IMG/VR virus record: IMGVR_UViG_3300041586_000126
Span: 23,193-87,192 of that record
Direction: 5' to 3' (one strand)
Source of the DNA: a virus
DNA: 64,000 nucleotides
Shown: positions 39,001 through 49,530 of the stretch, piece after piece
Position numbering within the stretch: position 1 is the stretch's first letter
Layout of the letters: each line of letters starts with the position of its first letter
Position numbers and translations under genes: made by a program
The notes under the pieces: model-generated
Database searches by the model: none
Seen by the model: the letters and a program-made list of their open reading frames with translations, nothing else
Told to the model about the DNA's origin: nothing

Positions 39001-40591
39001 AAACTATGCAATGACTTTTAGGGGACCATTAAATAATTCATCTTCATTTAATTCTAAAGCCATAACATTGGATAATTTTATGGGTTCTAGTAATAATGCT
39101 GCATCCAATTTAACAAGCGGAATAATATACGATCCTAATTTTACTTCTAGTATTTCATCATCTATAGTGTCTTCATCTGTGAGCTATGCATCACTAGGTG
39201 AAGTATACTTCTCTGCAGACTCCGATAGTGATTATAATGTACCGGATTTATCTGCTCCGTATACCATAGAATTAACAACTACCTTCCCTACAACTCCCCC
39301 ACAACAATATAGGACATCAACAGGAAATATATTTAGTCGTAGTAGTTTTAATGGGGGGAAAGTAGGTGAATTTAGTATATCAATGGAAAAAAATAGTGGT
39401 AGCTCATTTGTAGCAATACCAATACAACAAATCTCCCCTCCAACTTTAACTTTACATTATACTGGAGGTAATACATTGACACTCGATTTATTTACAATAT
39501 ACGGAAGTAGTAATGTTGGACTTATAAATAACAATAAAACATATAGAATTAACATGATGGCTAATCTTACTAGAGATGCTGCTACTCAATTAGGTCAGGA
39601 TGCTTATGGAGCAATATATGCAACTTTAAACTTAGGTATAAAAAATGCAGATAGTGAAGTTATTCAATCCGAAACCCGATACAGATTTAAGGTTCAACAA
39701 AGCTACTTAGTGGAATCTATTGATCCTCCTAGAAATTATTGGAATCCTACAAACCGACCTACATTCCAAGGGGGTGCACAAATTATACCAATACAAAATG
39801 GTCCCTTTGTAGGTTTAACTATCAACCCTAATTTAACAGATCCAGGTCAATCAGAAAGTGCGGGTTCAATGACAGTACCTTTTTGGACATTTCCAACTTC
39901 TTCAACTTCAGAATTCCCTGATTCTTCTTTAAATTCACAAATAGAATTATCTAATTTAACACTAGTTAGTGGTGTTACTCAACCTGTGGGGAATGAATTC
40001 TATAATAAAGGTAATACTCAACAATCCTTAGTGTATAATCCAGGCCCAAGTACAAGATTTCCAGGTGGAGTTGAACCTGCAGATACTACAATGCCTAATT
40101 TTAACATAGAATGGAAAGTAGAAGAAGGAGATCAAATAAGATTTATTAATAGTGAAGATCAGGTGTATAATATTTTATCAGTTATCCCTCCTACTGAAAG
40201 ATCTAACAGACAATTACTACTACTACTAGATAGGGAAGTACCTGCTTCTATAGATAAAGATTTCTTTTTATTAAGAAGGTGGATATTTGAACCGTCATCT
40301 ATAATAATAAATAAGGAATTTCCTTATGCTGAACTACCAATTAAAAAAGAGTTTCGACCTAATGTAAATTTAATTACTACAAATACCCCAATAGGTTCCA
40401 CAGGTAATGATGCTACGGGTTCAACTACAACTCAAGAACAATCTGGTAGTATAGTAACAGTATATGCTCCATTATTAAAAAAGAATAATACCCCATCAGG
40501 ATTTTTATTTCCATCATTCCCAATCCCTGAAATAGAACTTACACCTGATAAAGTAATGAGTGCACTAAGAGATAACAAGCTAATAGATTAA
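36029..40591 (+). CDS. Large virion structural protein
   Basis: 1520 aa, S/T/N-rich and beta-rich; late motif at 36007. Confidence 0.7.
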   Translation: MPTQTPDIQYYFKETTNQILVSGSSPINTQLESIKDPTTVFDQNYTAKISSLGANMSYVVQNGVEFTNLILNNNLTYPSQTTTSTTTVTLPKNGSKKGINGEFQISSAGTNINEIIVVNTGLGYQVGETITFTQSELLSEGFTGISGDIIITLSGNNIVESSTIIPLESDQELWVYRGYNTSSGDGNTYRYNPHLHRPYKAYIVTETGSGIPTSAFIPVGGPIRNTSINSNVDIPSFFLEGTLASLGNGVLNGTPQINIAVSGSFQVFHEQMSVYPWVFTQYTSLPSPPTLGAQWRLYLENAEVSSSNYEFNTTTTQAPGNSKISYNSSTIASITEVKVGPETALYNTLITLSNSVTTYGKEPGMIKIQQTSENTNFILFEIDAVVATSSSPLTVDFYVELTVSNAIIGSGYTSLNNDEPLEITLSEFSELKNNLFQQQTSGVNFSPQVYQNNTLINGIYTYTSSIVPPFGTNTNGNNAIGTTQFGLCTALNYFVTYKASHNLQLGNPPIDILFSASNATITPTTFTLDSGYGAQFNALAGSPSAAGFDIEPDGTYSSPTLNIEIINTNVITNFLPPNLFSTRWKDTYISYSESISSSLDGLYIFNQLPQNDVEVTASMFLTSWTDSDTSGAQYAAAIYGTNSYGEGDAGGGPTWPTASIRIYTGSYPNSIPSIGDAFAVEEVFQNSDIHVNGLAITMSYLIPSQSINIRDCLSLALQVSSGSANPSSVENSLVVQNYQLEFNVQASPLEGDGLVPTFIENAFEGTNGFSKALDCQPFLNNVNEERENKDIQIVNYSTGIYKPSNFELIISGSARKSTVPLSNYTQLASINNKYVGSRSTAQDFNVAVEQDSTEYTYGNVPVVDYQNAFFAYCEQITDPYPVINDKIQFNIKYLINAGGDVNNPNLSPYTAFDIEGTWVETTDPLSKQYGKVGMNQQGGVTSYNILNGEQEIEKVAKQLVPVLYSQTSSNGYQSFIPIKGTTIPEYKPAFTNYAMTFRGPLNNSSSFNSKAITLDNFMGSSNNAASNLTSGIIYDPNFTSSISSSIVSSSVSYASLGEVYFSADSDSDYNVPDLSAPYTIELTTTFPTTPPQQYRTSTGNIFSRSSFNGGKVGEFSISMEKNSGSSFVAIPIQQISPPTLTLHYTGGNTLTLDLFTIYGSSNVGLINNNKTYRINMMANLTRDAATQLGQDAYGAIYATLNLGIKNADSEVIQSETRYRFKVQQSYLVESIDPPRNYWNPTNRPTFQGGAQIIPIQNGPFVGLTINPNLTDPGQSESAGSMTVPFWTFPTSSTSEFPDSSLNSQIELSNLTLVSGVTQPVGNEFYNKGNTQQSLVYNPGPSTRFPGGVEPADTTMPNFNIEWKVEEGDQIRFINSEDQVYNILSVIPPTERSNRQLLLLLDREVPASIDKDFFLLRRWIFEPSSIIINKEFPYAELPIKKEFRPNVNLITTNTPIGSTGNDATGSTTTQEQSGSIVTVYAPLLKKNNTPSGFLFPSFPIPEIELTPDKVMSALRDNKLID

Positions 40592-40667
40592 CATATTTAT
40601 AATATATAACAAACATTTAAATCAAAAATATAAAAATTATAAATTTAATTACATAAACTAATAAAAT

Positions 40668-41333
40668 ATGGGTTACCTTAACAATTCAGTAATAACAATA
40701 GATGCTATTTTAACTACCAAAGGTAGAGAATTACTAGCAGCTAACGATGGTTCATTTCGAATCACACAATTCGCCTTAGCAGATGACGAAATTGACTATA
40801 CATTATATAATCCTAGCCACCCATCAGGTTCACAATTTTATGGAGAAGCAATAGATGGAATGCCTTTATTAGAGGCATTCCCCATTGAATCTCAAATTAT
40901 GAAATATAAGTTAACGACATTACCTAGAGGAACGGCAAAATTACCTATATTAAATGTTGGATATGGAGCGGTAACACTTCAACAAGGTGCTACTTTAGCA
41001 ATTACTCCTCAAACATTGAATTATTTAGGTAATGATCAAGTATTTGAAACATCAGGATATAGTGTAACAATTGCGGATGTTAGATTGTTGAATACTTTTG
41101 AGGCAACAGGTATTAATACTGAAGCAGCATCTATTTCTAATATCAATTCAACAACAACATTAGGAACAAATGTTTCTTCAACAATAACAGGTACACAAAT
41201 TACCTTAAGAGCAACAACCGTAAATACTTTATTTGGTGCTAATGCATCTTTAGTAAGTACTCTGACATTTACAGGTTTGGATAGTGGAGCTAGAATTACT
41301 ATACCAATCACGATAACAAGATCAACAACATAA
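40668..41333 (+). CDS. Virion structural protein (tail/baseplate)
   Basis: DAILTTKGRELLA...ITQFALADDEIDY, a tail-collar-like N-terminus. Confidence 0.7.
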   Translation: MGYLNNSVITIDAILTTKGRELLAANDGSFRITQFALADDEIDYTLYNPSHPSGSQFYGEAIDGMPLLEAFPIESQIMKYKLTTLPRGTAKLPILNVGYGAVTLQQGATLAITPQTLNYLGNDQVFETSGYSVTIADVRLLNTFEATGINTEAASISNINSTTTLGTNVSSTITGTQITLRATTVNTLFGANASLVSTLTFTGLDSGARITIPITITRSTT

Positions 41334-41343
41334 TATAACAGAC

Positions 41344-42360
41344 ATGGGATTCAAAAGACTAGAAACAGACGATTTTATAGTAAGCGCTCAAGCTCAAACA
41401 TCAACATGCTGGACCAGCAACGTACCTGTTTTAACAACATTTTTCACACAATCTAATCAAGTAAATTCTGATTCGTTTAGTTACTACACAACCATATTTG
41501 ATTTAGACCCCACATCCTCACTTTCTAAAGCTCAATTTGAAATTGCATATGGTAATAAATCTGGAGGAGGAGCAGCAGCATTTAATCAAGCGGCAGTTCC
41601 AGGTGTTTCACCCTCTTCCACAATATATGGTCAATATAGAACTTTAGTTTTAGAAGATGAAAATGCATCCTTTATGTTCGGCACAACGTCATCAGATTCG
41701 ATTTATGCTTTAAGTATAGAAAGAGCTGCTTATAAGGAATCATTATTTCCAGGCTCGTTAAATTTAACTTTAACACTGGGTAGTGCTACTATAAGTCTAA
41801 CAGATAATTCTAATATGGTTTCCACTCCAACTTATTTTGGTACCATGAGATCATATCAAATAATTAGTGGTTCTAATGGTTCTGCCCCTTCTGGCTCTGG
41901 GGGGTTCTTACCAAATGGTAGCTCATATGGACTATTCTTGCCAGATATAGGAACTATATTATTAAATGGTGATGCTTTAGATCAATCCGCGGGTAATGGT
42001 GGTATACTTTTAAATACTAACAAAGCACTAAATACCATAGCTAATAACTCACTAAAACTATTAGCCTCTATCCAATCAGGATCATCATTTGGATTAAATT
42101 CAGAAGAAACAATTACGTCCGATTACATATTTGTTAGAGCAAGAAATTCAGAATTTAATTATTCCGAAAACCCCTCATATATATCGGGTTCAACTGGGGA
42201 AGTAGTTTATAATTATTTTATTAATAACCCACAAACGTATCTTACAACTATAGGTTTATATAATGATAGTAATGAGTTATTAGCTGTAGCTAAACTTTCA
42301 AAACCATTAAATAAGGATTTTACTAAAGAAGCTTTAGTTAGGGTTAAGTTAGATTTTTGA
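41344..42360 (+). CDS. Virion structural protein
   Basis: C-terminal TTIGLYNDSNELLAVAKLSKP motif shared with the next gene. Confidence 0.7.
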   Translation: MGFKRLETDDFIVSAQAQTSTCWTSNVPVLTTFFTQSNQVNSDSFSYYTTIFDLDPTSSLSKAQFEIAYGNKSGGGAAAFNQAAVPGVSPSSTIYGQYRTLVLEDENASFMFGTTSSDSIYALSIERAAYKESLFPGSLNLTLTLGSATISLTDNSNMVSTPTYFGTMRSYQIISGSNGSAPSGSGGFLPNGSSYGLFLPDIGTILLNGDALDQSAGNGGILLNTNKALNTIANNSLKLLASIQSGSSFGLNSEETITSDYIFVRARNSEFNYSENPSYISGSTGEVVYNYFINNPQTYLTTIGLYNDSNELLAVAKLSKPLNKDFTKEALVRVKLDF

Positions 42361-42401
42361 TGTAACTCTAACCAACATTTATGTTAAATAAATAAAAGTA
42401 T

Positions 42402-43355
42402 ATGGGGGCTTTCAAAACACTAAATTCACAGGATATAATAATATCACCATTAGAAGTAACTAAGGGATTTTCATTTCAAGGAAATGCCCTAACTGCTTCC
42501 GATGTTGGTATTGACCGTTTTTTAGGAGCAAAATTTCAAACTTCGAGTGCTACGGGATATATAACAGAATACTCACAATCAGCTATATACCATTCTATAC
42601 AGCAACTATATTATTCAAATTATATTTCAAGCAGTAATGGAGAGGTACAAATTGCAAATCTTCTCAACAACAACCCCGATGGAACTGTTACAGGTGAAAT
42701 AGCATCTAATGCTTTTAATAACTACCCTCAAACTGATCTTAACCCTGAAAAATATTTTCCTACAAGCTCAACACCATCATTTGACCCCATGATTGGGGTA
42801 ATGTCAATTCCAAAATCAATGTTTGGGGATTATATTTTACCTAATTCTATTAAAATTACAACAGATAGTGGTAGTTACTACGATGATGGTGAAGGGAGAT
42901 TAATAATAAATAACGTAAATGATACTAAAATAGTAGTAGGCAATGTTATTTATGGTCACGGGATGATAGTATTTAGTGGAGGAACAAGAAACGAAACTAT
43001 AGAAGAAATAAATAATGAAAAAATAATTGATAATGATGATGTTATTTATTTTGTGGATACAACAAATATTATACTATCCTTTTCATCTTCTTTTACTATA
43101 TACGAAACACAATATAAATGTACTATCACAGAAAATGATTTTAATTATTCTCAAAATCCTACAACTATATCAAATTCCAGCAATAACGGTACTGTTTATC
43201 ATTATGCAACAAGCTCATATTTCTCACCTTATGTCACAACATTAGGGTTATATAATAAAGATAATGAGTTAATGGCAGTAGGTAAAATGTCACAACCCCT
43301 CCCTACCTCTCGAACTACAGATACAACAATCTTAGTAAACATTGATAGACAATAA
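42402..43355 (+). CDS. Virion structural protein (paralog of 41344)
   Basis: C-terminal TTLGLYNKDNELMAVGKMSQP. Confidence 0.7.
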   Translation: MGAFKTLNSQDIIISPLEVTKGFSFQGNALTASDVGIDRFLGAKFQTSSATGYITEYSQSAIYHSIQQLYYSNYISSSNGEVQIANLLNNNPDGTVTGEIASNAFNNYPQTDLNPEKYFPTSSTPSFDPMIGVMSIPKSMFGDYILPNSIKITTDSGSYYDDGEGRLIINNVNDTKIVVGNVIYGHGMIVFSGGTRNETIEEINNEKIIDNDDVIYFVDTTNIILSFSSSFTIYETQYKCTITENDFNYSQNPTTISNSSNNGTVYHYATSSYFSPYVTTLGLYNKDNELMAVGKMSQPLPTSRTTDTTILVNIDRQ

Positions 43356-43395
43356 AATTTTACATATTTATAACAAAACAAAAATATAACATACT

Positions 43396-44628
43396 ATGCC
43401 TCCACTTAAAATATTATTACTAGATGGTATACAAACCGGACAAACAATAGAGGCACAACAAGTTTCACAATCCGTAGCTGCTTTTACTGGAGCCGAGGGA
43501 TATGCAATCACAATATCAGGCTCACTTGAGTTAACCGGTTCACTAGGTACAACAGGTTCCGTAAATTTTATGGGAGTAGCTGATAATGTAGCTGGAGTAT
43601 CTGAGGCATCATATGGGGTAGTATTAATAGGACCTGATGGTTCACTTTGGTCAGGCAGTTCAGCAACAAACCTTCAAGGAGCACAAGGACCTCAAGGTTC
43701 AATAGGTTCACAAGGTATAACAGGTATTCAAGGTATAATAGGTATTCAAGGTATAACAGGCTCTCAGGGTACACAAGGTGTAACAGGGGGTTTAGGTGTG
43801 CAGGGTACTACTGGTGAGGATTCTACGGTACCTGGTCCTCAAGGTCCACAAGGAACAATAGGTAATGTTGGAATCCAAGGTACAACTGGAGATACAGGAC
43901 TTCAAGGTTCTCAAGGAAGTACGGGTACTGGAATTCAAGGTATAACGGGTACACAAGGTACTCAAGGTCCAACTGGGGAAGATGGTAGTGTAACAAACCC
44001 TCAAATAAGCTCAACAATTAGATACCAAGCCTTTACAAATGGCTCAGGATTAACAGCTCAAGAAATTAACATATTATCCTCAGGTAACGTATACTCAGGT
44101 TTAACATATTCTAGAACAGGCACAACCGTAACTATAACATCAAACTCTCATGGTTTGACAAATGGTAATCATATTGTAGTAAGAGGAGGAGTGGATAATT
44201 ATTTATATGCCATAATTTCAAATGTAAGTGCAAACCAATTTAATTATACATCAACAACTTCAGGTACTACAACAGGGGTAAATGCTGCTTATATACCCGC
44301 TATTACGACCTCAGATGTATCACAAGGGGGGGTTACAATTTTAGCACCCTCTTCAGGAGATATACAAGTGTTATCTATATCAGCAACAACAGGACCAAAA
44401 AGTAACTCGTCTTTTGTACTAACTATGCCTCAAGGTATAACAAATGGTTCCGGGACTAATACCTCTGTTACTAATCAAATTCCACCGCAAGCAGGAACAT
44501 GGAATTTATCTAACGGAAATTTTAATGGTGCCAGTGGAATCCAAATTAATACGGGAGCAAACTTTAATTCGTATACAATGGGTGCAATTGCAACATTCGT
44601 AAACAACTTAATAAGATTTGATTTTTAA
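43396..44628 (+). CDS. Collagen-like tail fibre protein
   Basis: Long G-x-Q/G-x-T repeat tract. Confidence 0.8.
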   Translation: MPPLKILLLDGIQTGQTIEAQQVSQSVAAFTGAEGYAITISGSLELTGSLGTTGSVNFMGVADNVAGVSEASYGVVLIGPDGSLWSGSSATNLQGAQGPQGSIGSQGITGIQGIIGIQGITGSQGTQGVTGGLGVQGTTGEDSTVPGPQGPQGTIGNVGIQGTTGDTGLQGSQGSTGTGIQGITGTQGTQGPTGEDGSVTNPQISSTIRYQAFTNGSGLTAQEINILSSGNVYSGLTYSRTGTTVTITSNSHGLTNGNHIVVRGGVDNYLYAIISNVSANQFNYTSTTSGTTTGVNAAYIPAITTSDVSQGGVTILAPSSGDIQVLSISATTGPKSNSSFVLTMPQGITNGSGTNTSVTNQIPPQAGTWNLSNGNFNGASGIQINTGANFNSYTMGAIATFVNNLIRFDF

Positions 44629-44644
44629 AAAATACCCATAAAAA

Positions 44645-45643
44645 ATGCCAAACATAAACCAACTTTTTATTGGTAAAATAACAAACACTACCCCTACATA
44701 CCTTAATGTAGTAGCCTTAAAAGGTAATACTATATTAGGACAAAATACAATAACGGGGTTAGTATCATTTGATGTCACCTATGACTTAAATTTATTAAGG
44801 ATAGGTATGACAATAAATACCCTACAAGATGGATTTGATGAGGTTGTTACTATTGTTAGTATAGATTCTACAACTCAAATAACTGTAAGTACAAATGCAA
44901 CTTCAACCACCTCCCAAAACACATTTACAGCAAACACCGCTCCAGGTAAATACTTAATTCAAAGTGCTTCCTTTTCTGACCCACAAAATTTCTTAACTGT
45001 AAATGATATTACAGGTAGTTTAGATGTAGGTTATAATGAAACTTTAAGTCCAGTGTATGGCATTTTAGGAGTAGCGGCACAGACATTAGGAGGACCAGTA
45101 ATTAATGGTAGATTTTTTAACTACAAGATAACTGAAAAAGTTTACAATAATATATCTACAGCCCAATTCTCGGCATTTATAGAATGGGGTGGAGAAGGTT
45201 CTGAATTGGATAGTGGGAATGTCTTACATACATTTGCAAATCAAACATTAGCAATTGGAGCCTTATCTGACATATCATCATATCAAAACCTATATGATCC
45301 TTCTCTAATTACAGGTACCCCGGCAGGCTCAGGAATAGCGGCTTATCAAATAGCTATACCTCTTATAGATAAGGCAATAAGCACCCCCTTTCCATTTACA
45401 GGATCTGCTCAAATTACGGGTTCATTAGCGGTAACCGGAAGTAGCAAATTTATAATTCCTGTAGGAGGAATTGATGGAGAATTTTCTATAAAATCTGGTT
45501 CGTTACCTACAAGTCCTTCATTATTTAATGTAAATGGGGAAGGTACAATTCAATTTTTTGCATATGACAATTCATATACCCCAACCCCTATATTAGGAGG
45601 AATATATTTTACTTCCGAAAGTATATATGTGGGGATAGAATAA
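44645..45643 (+). CDS. Tail-fibre-associated structural protein
   Basis: FPFTGSAQITGSLAVTGS fibre motif. Confidence 0.65.
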   Translation: MPNINQLFIGKITNTTPTYLNVVALKGNTILGQNTITGLVSFDVTYDLNLLRIGMTINTLQDGFDEVVTIVSIDSTTQITVSTNATSTTSQNTFTANTAPGKYLIQSASFSDPQNFLTVNDITGSLDVGYNETLSPVYGILGVAAQTLGGPVINGRFFNYKITEKVYNNISTAQFSAFIEWGGEGSELDSGNVLHTFANQTLAIGALSDISSYQNLYDPSLITGTPAGSGIAAYQIAIPLIDKAISTPFPFTGSAQITGSLAVTGSSKFIIPVGGIDGEFSIKSGSLPTSPSLFNVNGEGTIQFFAYDNSYTPTPILGGIYFTSESIYVGIE

Positions 45644-45698
45644 AAATTAAAATTTTTAATAATTATAATAAATAAATAACTAAATAACTAAATAAATT

Positions 45699-47312
45699 AT
45701 GGCAACATGGAAAAAAGTAGTTGTATCTGGATCGGACGCTAATTTAGCATCCCTAACCCTAGATACAGCTCTTACAGTAGAAAATGGTGGAACAGGCAAA
45801 ACAACCCTTACAGATGGTGGTGTACTTGTAGGTAGTGGTACTGGAGCAATCACATCGCTAGGTCAAGCAATTAATGGTCAATTAGTAATAGGCAGTACAG
45901 GAGCAGACCCTGTATTAGCTACTTTAACACCAGGATCTAATATTGAAATAACAAATACAGCAGGGTCTATTACCATAGCGGCTACAGGATTAAATTCTGG
46001 AACTGTTACATCGGTAGGGACTGCTGGAACAGTAAACGGAATCACTTTAACAGGTGGTCCCATAACCACAACTGGAACAGTTACTTTGGGAGGAACATTA
46101 GCAAACATTGCAAATTCCCAACTAACAAATTCTAGCATAACTATAGGTTCTACATCTGTAGCTTTAGGTGGGACAGCCGCAACGGTTGCAGGTTTAACAC
46201 TTACAGGGGTACAAGCCACAGGATCATTTAGTGGTTCATTTACTGGAACATCTGATCTACCTGATTTAGTAACAGGTAATGGTTTAACTGGAGGACCTTA
46301 TGATGGTTCTTTAACTAGAACATTTGCTGTAGGAGCGGGTACTGCTATAACAGTAGGAGCAACAACCGTAGGTGTTTCTAACGCGGGAATAACTGCAGTA
46401 CAATTAGCAACTTCGGTTGCAGGTGCGGGTTTATCAGGAGGTGCGGGAACTGCCTTAGCAGTAAATGTAGATAATACTTCATTAGAAATAACAGCCGATA
46501 TTTTAAATGTTAAAGCCTTAGGTATTACTAACGCTATGCTTGCGGGTTCGATTGCAAATAATAAGCTAGCAAATTCTAGCATAACTATAGGTTCTACATC
46601 TGTAGCTTTAGGTGGGACAGCAACTACGTTTGCAGGTTTAACGCTTACAGGGGTACAAGCCAGTGGGTCATTTAGTGGTTCATTTCAAGGAGATGGTTCT
46701 AATATTACTGGTATAGCATCTAACTTAGCAATAGTAGGTGAGACTGGAACAGGTACTGTAGCCTTAAAAACTCAAACCTTAACAGTAACGGGGGGCGAGG
46801 GTATTAATACTGTAGCAAGTGGTCAAACTATAACAATTTCAGGTGAAGATGCTTCATCTTCAAATAAAGGTATTGCTTCTTTTGCTTCAAGTAATTTCAC
46901 AGCTACAGCCGGAGACGTTGCATTATCTCAAGATATAGCAATTGTACGAGATTTAACTATTGGTAGAAATTTAACAGTACAGGGTACTGCTTCCTTTCAA
47001 AACACTACAAACTTAGATGTAACCGATAGATTCATCAGAATGGCTTCGGGTTCAATTTCTGGAGGAGATGGTGGTATAGCAATTCAACAAACTGGAAATC
47101 TAGATGCCGAAGCATTTGGTTGGGATTCAGCAGTATCACGTTGGGGTGTAACAGGTTCATTTGATGCCTCTCAAAACTTAATGGTACCTGATGCCTTTAT
47201 GTCTACAGTAATACAAGGTGCAGCCTCAGATCCTACAGCAGTAGTATCTAAATATACTAAACGTGGTAATATTTTTGCTGCGGCTGATGAATCCATATGG
47301 ATTTATTCATAA
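45699..47312 (+). CDS. Tail fibre protein
   Basis: G/T/S/A-rich shaft repeats; internal duplication of about 45 aa (46127 vs 46571). Confidence 0.8.
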   Translation: MATWKKVVVSGSDANLASLTLDTALTVENGGTGKTTLTDGGVLVGSGTGAITSLGQAINGQLVIGSTGADPVLATLTPGSNIEITNTAGSITIAATGLNSGTVTSVGTAGTVNGITLTGGPITTTGTVTLGGTLANIANSQLTNSSITIGSTSVALGGTAATVAGLTLTGVQATGSFSGSFTGTSDLPDLVTGNGLTGGPYDGSLTRTFAVGAGTAITVGATTVGVSNAGITAVQLATSVAGAGLSGGAGTALAVNVDNTSLEITADILNVKALGITNAMLAGSIANNKLANSSITIGSTSVALGGTATTFAGLTLTGVQASGSFSGSFQGDGSNITGIASNLAIVGETGTGTVALKTQTLTVTGGEGINTVASGQTITISGEDASSSNKGIASFASSNFTATAGDVALSQDIAIVRDLTIGRNLTVQGTASFQNTTNLDVTDRFIRMASGSISGGDGGIAIQQTGNLDAEAFGWDSAVSRWGVTGSFDASQNLMVPDAFMSTVIQGAASDPTAVVSKYTKRGNIFAAADESIWIYS

Positions 47313-47330
47313 ACAAATATGGTTTAAAAA

Positions 47331-47558
47331 ATGAGTTTTAAAAGTGGACATTTAGAAATAGGAGTGGTAGATCTTAAGCAGGATCTACCTACCCTTTCTA
47401 TAGGCGAATTATATTTTCTTTTATCTTTTATAGGTGAATCTAAATTTAAAGGTAAAGATGTAGAAAAAGTTTATGCTTTATCCCTTAATTTAAATAACAT
47501 ACTTCAATATCAATTAGAAATTAATAGAAAAGAAGAAGAAAATAAACCCTCAAATTAA
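47331..47558 (+). CDS. Small protein (possible fibre chaperone)
   Basis: Follows a fibre gene. Confidence 0.55.
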   Translation: MSFKSGHLEIGVVDLKQDLPTLSIGELYFLLSFIGESKFKGKDVEKVYALSLNLNNILQYQLEINRKEEENKPSN

Positions 47559-47678
47559 AAATTAAAATAAAAGTTATTACCTAGTTAATTTTTTAGCATA
47601 TTTTAATATTTATAAGGGTATTATAGGCCTTAACGGAAGTGGACTCTATTGAGTACCTACCATAATAAAAATATTCAT

Positions 47679-48533
47679 ATGCCCAATTGGAAAAAATTAA
47701 TAGTTAGTGGCTCGGATGCCATTTTAAGTACTCTTCAACTGTCTTCAACCCCTATAGGTTCAACCGAAACTAAAATTTTAGTACAGGATAACTCAGGAAA
47801 CATAAAGTTCAGAACTAATTTATCATTACAAGGCACTCAGGGTACAACAGGAGCAACAGGTACTCAAGGAACAACTGGTTCAACCGGTGCAACAGGTATT
47901 CAAGGAACAACTGGAACCATAGGTGTACAAGGTACAACGGGTTCAACAGGTACTCAAGGAACAACTGGAACCATAGGTGTACAAGGTACAACGGGTTCAA
48001 CAGGTACTCAAGGAACAACAGGTTCACAAGGTATTAATGGTTCAAGTGGTATTAGTGGTGGTACATTTACTAATCAACCAAATTACTTAGTAAGAACTGC
48101 AGGTGCAACAACAATACAAAGTCTATCTTTCTTATACACCGATACCGCAAACAGTAGGCTCGGTATAAGAACAACTTCACCTGCTGCTACACTAGAAGTC
48201 AATGGAGATATATTAATAAACAAAGCCAACCTATCCAACCAAGAAAACCTAGATGTAGATATCGGAATAGAAGTAGTAGCACAAGTAGCAATATCAACAT
48301 ATATAGCAGCCTTCTTTGATTACGTTATTAAAAAAGGAACCAATGTAAGAGCAGGAATAGTATATGCCTGTCACGATGGAACAAACGTAGAATTTACAGA
48401 AACATCAACAACAGATTTAGGTAGCACAACAGACCTAGTACTTGGAGTAGATATATCTGCAGGAAATATGAGATTACTAGCTAGTGCTGCATCTGATAAC
48501 TGGGTTGTTAAATCATTAGTAAGAGCGTTGTAA
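47679..48533 (+). CDS. Collagen-like tail fibre protein
   Basis: Start moved to [12 protein letters not shown] (paralogous to MATWKKVVVSGS); G-T-Q/G-T-T repeats. Confidence 0.8.
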   Translation: MPNWKKLIVSGSDAILSTLQLSSTPIGSTETKILVQDNSGNIKFRTNLSLQGTQGTTGATGTQGTTGSTGATGIQGTTGTIGVQGTTGSTGTQGTTGTIGVQGTTGSTGTQGTTGSQGINGSSGISGGTFTNQPNYLVRTAGATTIQSLSFLYTDTANSRLGIRTTSPAATLEVNGDILINKANLSNQENLDVDIGIEVVAQVAISTYIAAFFDYVIKKGTNVRAGIVYACHDGTNVEFTETSTTDLGSTTDLVLGVDISAGNMRLLASAASDNWVVKSLVRAL

Positions 48534-48534
48534 C

Positions 48535-49188
48535 ATGGCAATATATAGAGGACCAAATATAGTTAGAGATGGATTAGTTCTTGCATTGGATGCGGGTAGT
48601 GAGAGGAGTTATCCTGGGGCTGGAACTACTTGGTATGATTTAAGTGGTGGGGGAAATGATGCTCAACTAGAATCCACACCCACATTTTCAAATGGTCATT
48701 TTAGTTTCGATGGTAGCGGGGCAAAAGCCAGAATCGACTCCCCAATTGGTGGAGTAGGTAAGACTACAGCATATATATGGTATAAACGTGATGAAAGTAG
48801 TAGTTCTACTACATGGCGTACATTAATAGGTGCAAATTCCGCAAATATCCACCATTTAATAAGTAAATCATCATCGAGGGAGTTGGGAGTATGGGATGGT
48901 TCATTCAGAGGTTTTGGATACACACCAACAACTGATGGGCTATATCATAATTATGTTATAGTATATGATAGTGCTGCTACCGCATCGCTTTACGTTGATG
49001 GTTTATTTGTTAGTACGATTGTTATAGTTTTAAATCTAACTACATATCCAATAGGTAACATCGGAAATTGGAATTCTGGAAGTTATTGGGCGGGGTATAT
49101 TGATAATGTATTATTATATAACAGAGAACTAACAGTTGCTGAAATAGCACAAAATTATAATGCACAAAAATCAAGATTTGGTTTATAA
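48535..49188 (+). CDS. LamG/ConA-like lectin-domain virion protein
   Basis: DGLVLALDAG...SYPGAGTTWYDLSG...YNRELTVAEIAQNYNAQKSRFGL. Confidence 0.85.
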   Translation: MAIYRGPNIVRDGLVLALDAGSERSYPGAGTTWYDLSGGGNDAQLESTPTFSNGHFSFDGSGAKARIDSPIGGVGKTTAYIWYKRDESSSSTTWRTLIGANSANIHHLISKSSSRELGVWDGSFRGFGYTPTTDGLYHNYVIVYDSAATASLYVDGLFVSTIVIVLNLTTYPIGNIGNWNSGSYWAGYIDNVLLYNRELTVAEIAQNYNAQKSRFGL

Positions 49189-49199
49189 AATATAAAGAT

Positions 49200-49529
49200 A
49201 TGTTTGAAAACAGAAGATGGTTGGTAATACCAACAAGTATAATAGATAATATAGATTTTAATCAAATACAGCAGTCTAATCAAGAAAGCTTAAGATTATC
49301 TAAAGATGGTTCTAAAACTTTCATTAAATACGATGTTAATGTAGTTGAAGAAACATTTAATACAGCACATATAAACCCAGAGACAGAAGAAGAAGAAACT
49401 TATACAACTGAAAAAGGAGTATATGGAAGACCTTCAATATATAGTGAGGATTATGTAGAATATAATCATGCCAGTATCTTAGAATTATTAGGAACTGAAG
49501 CGTGGGCATCAACTGAAGAATTAATATAA
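49200..49529 (+). CDS. Hypothetical protein associated with LamG genes
   Basis: 109-aa ORF between the lectin genes. Confidence 0.65.
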   Translation: MFENRRWLVIPTSIIDNIDFNQIQQSNQESLRLSKDGSKTFIKYDVNVVEETFNTAHINPETEEEETYTTEKGVYGRPSIYSEDYVEYNHASILELLGTEAWASTEELI

Positions 49530-49530
49530 T

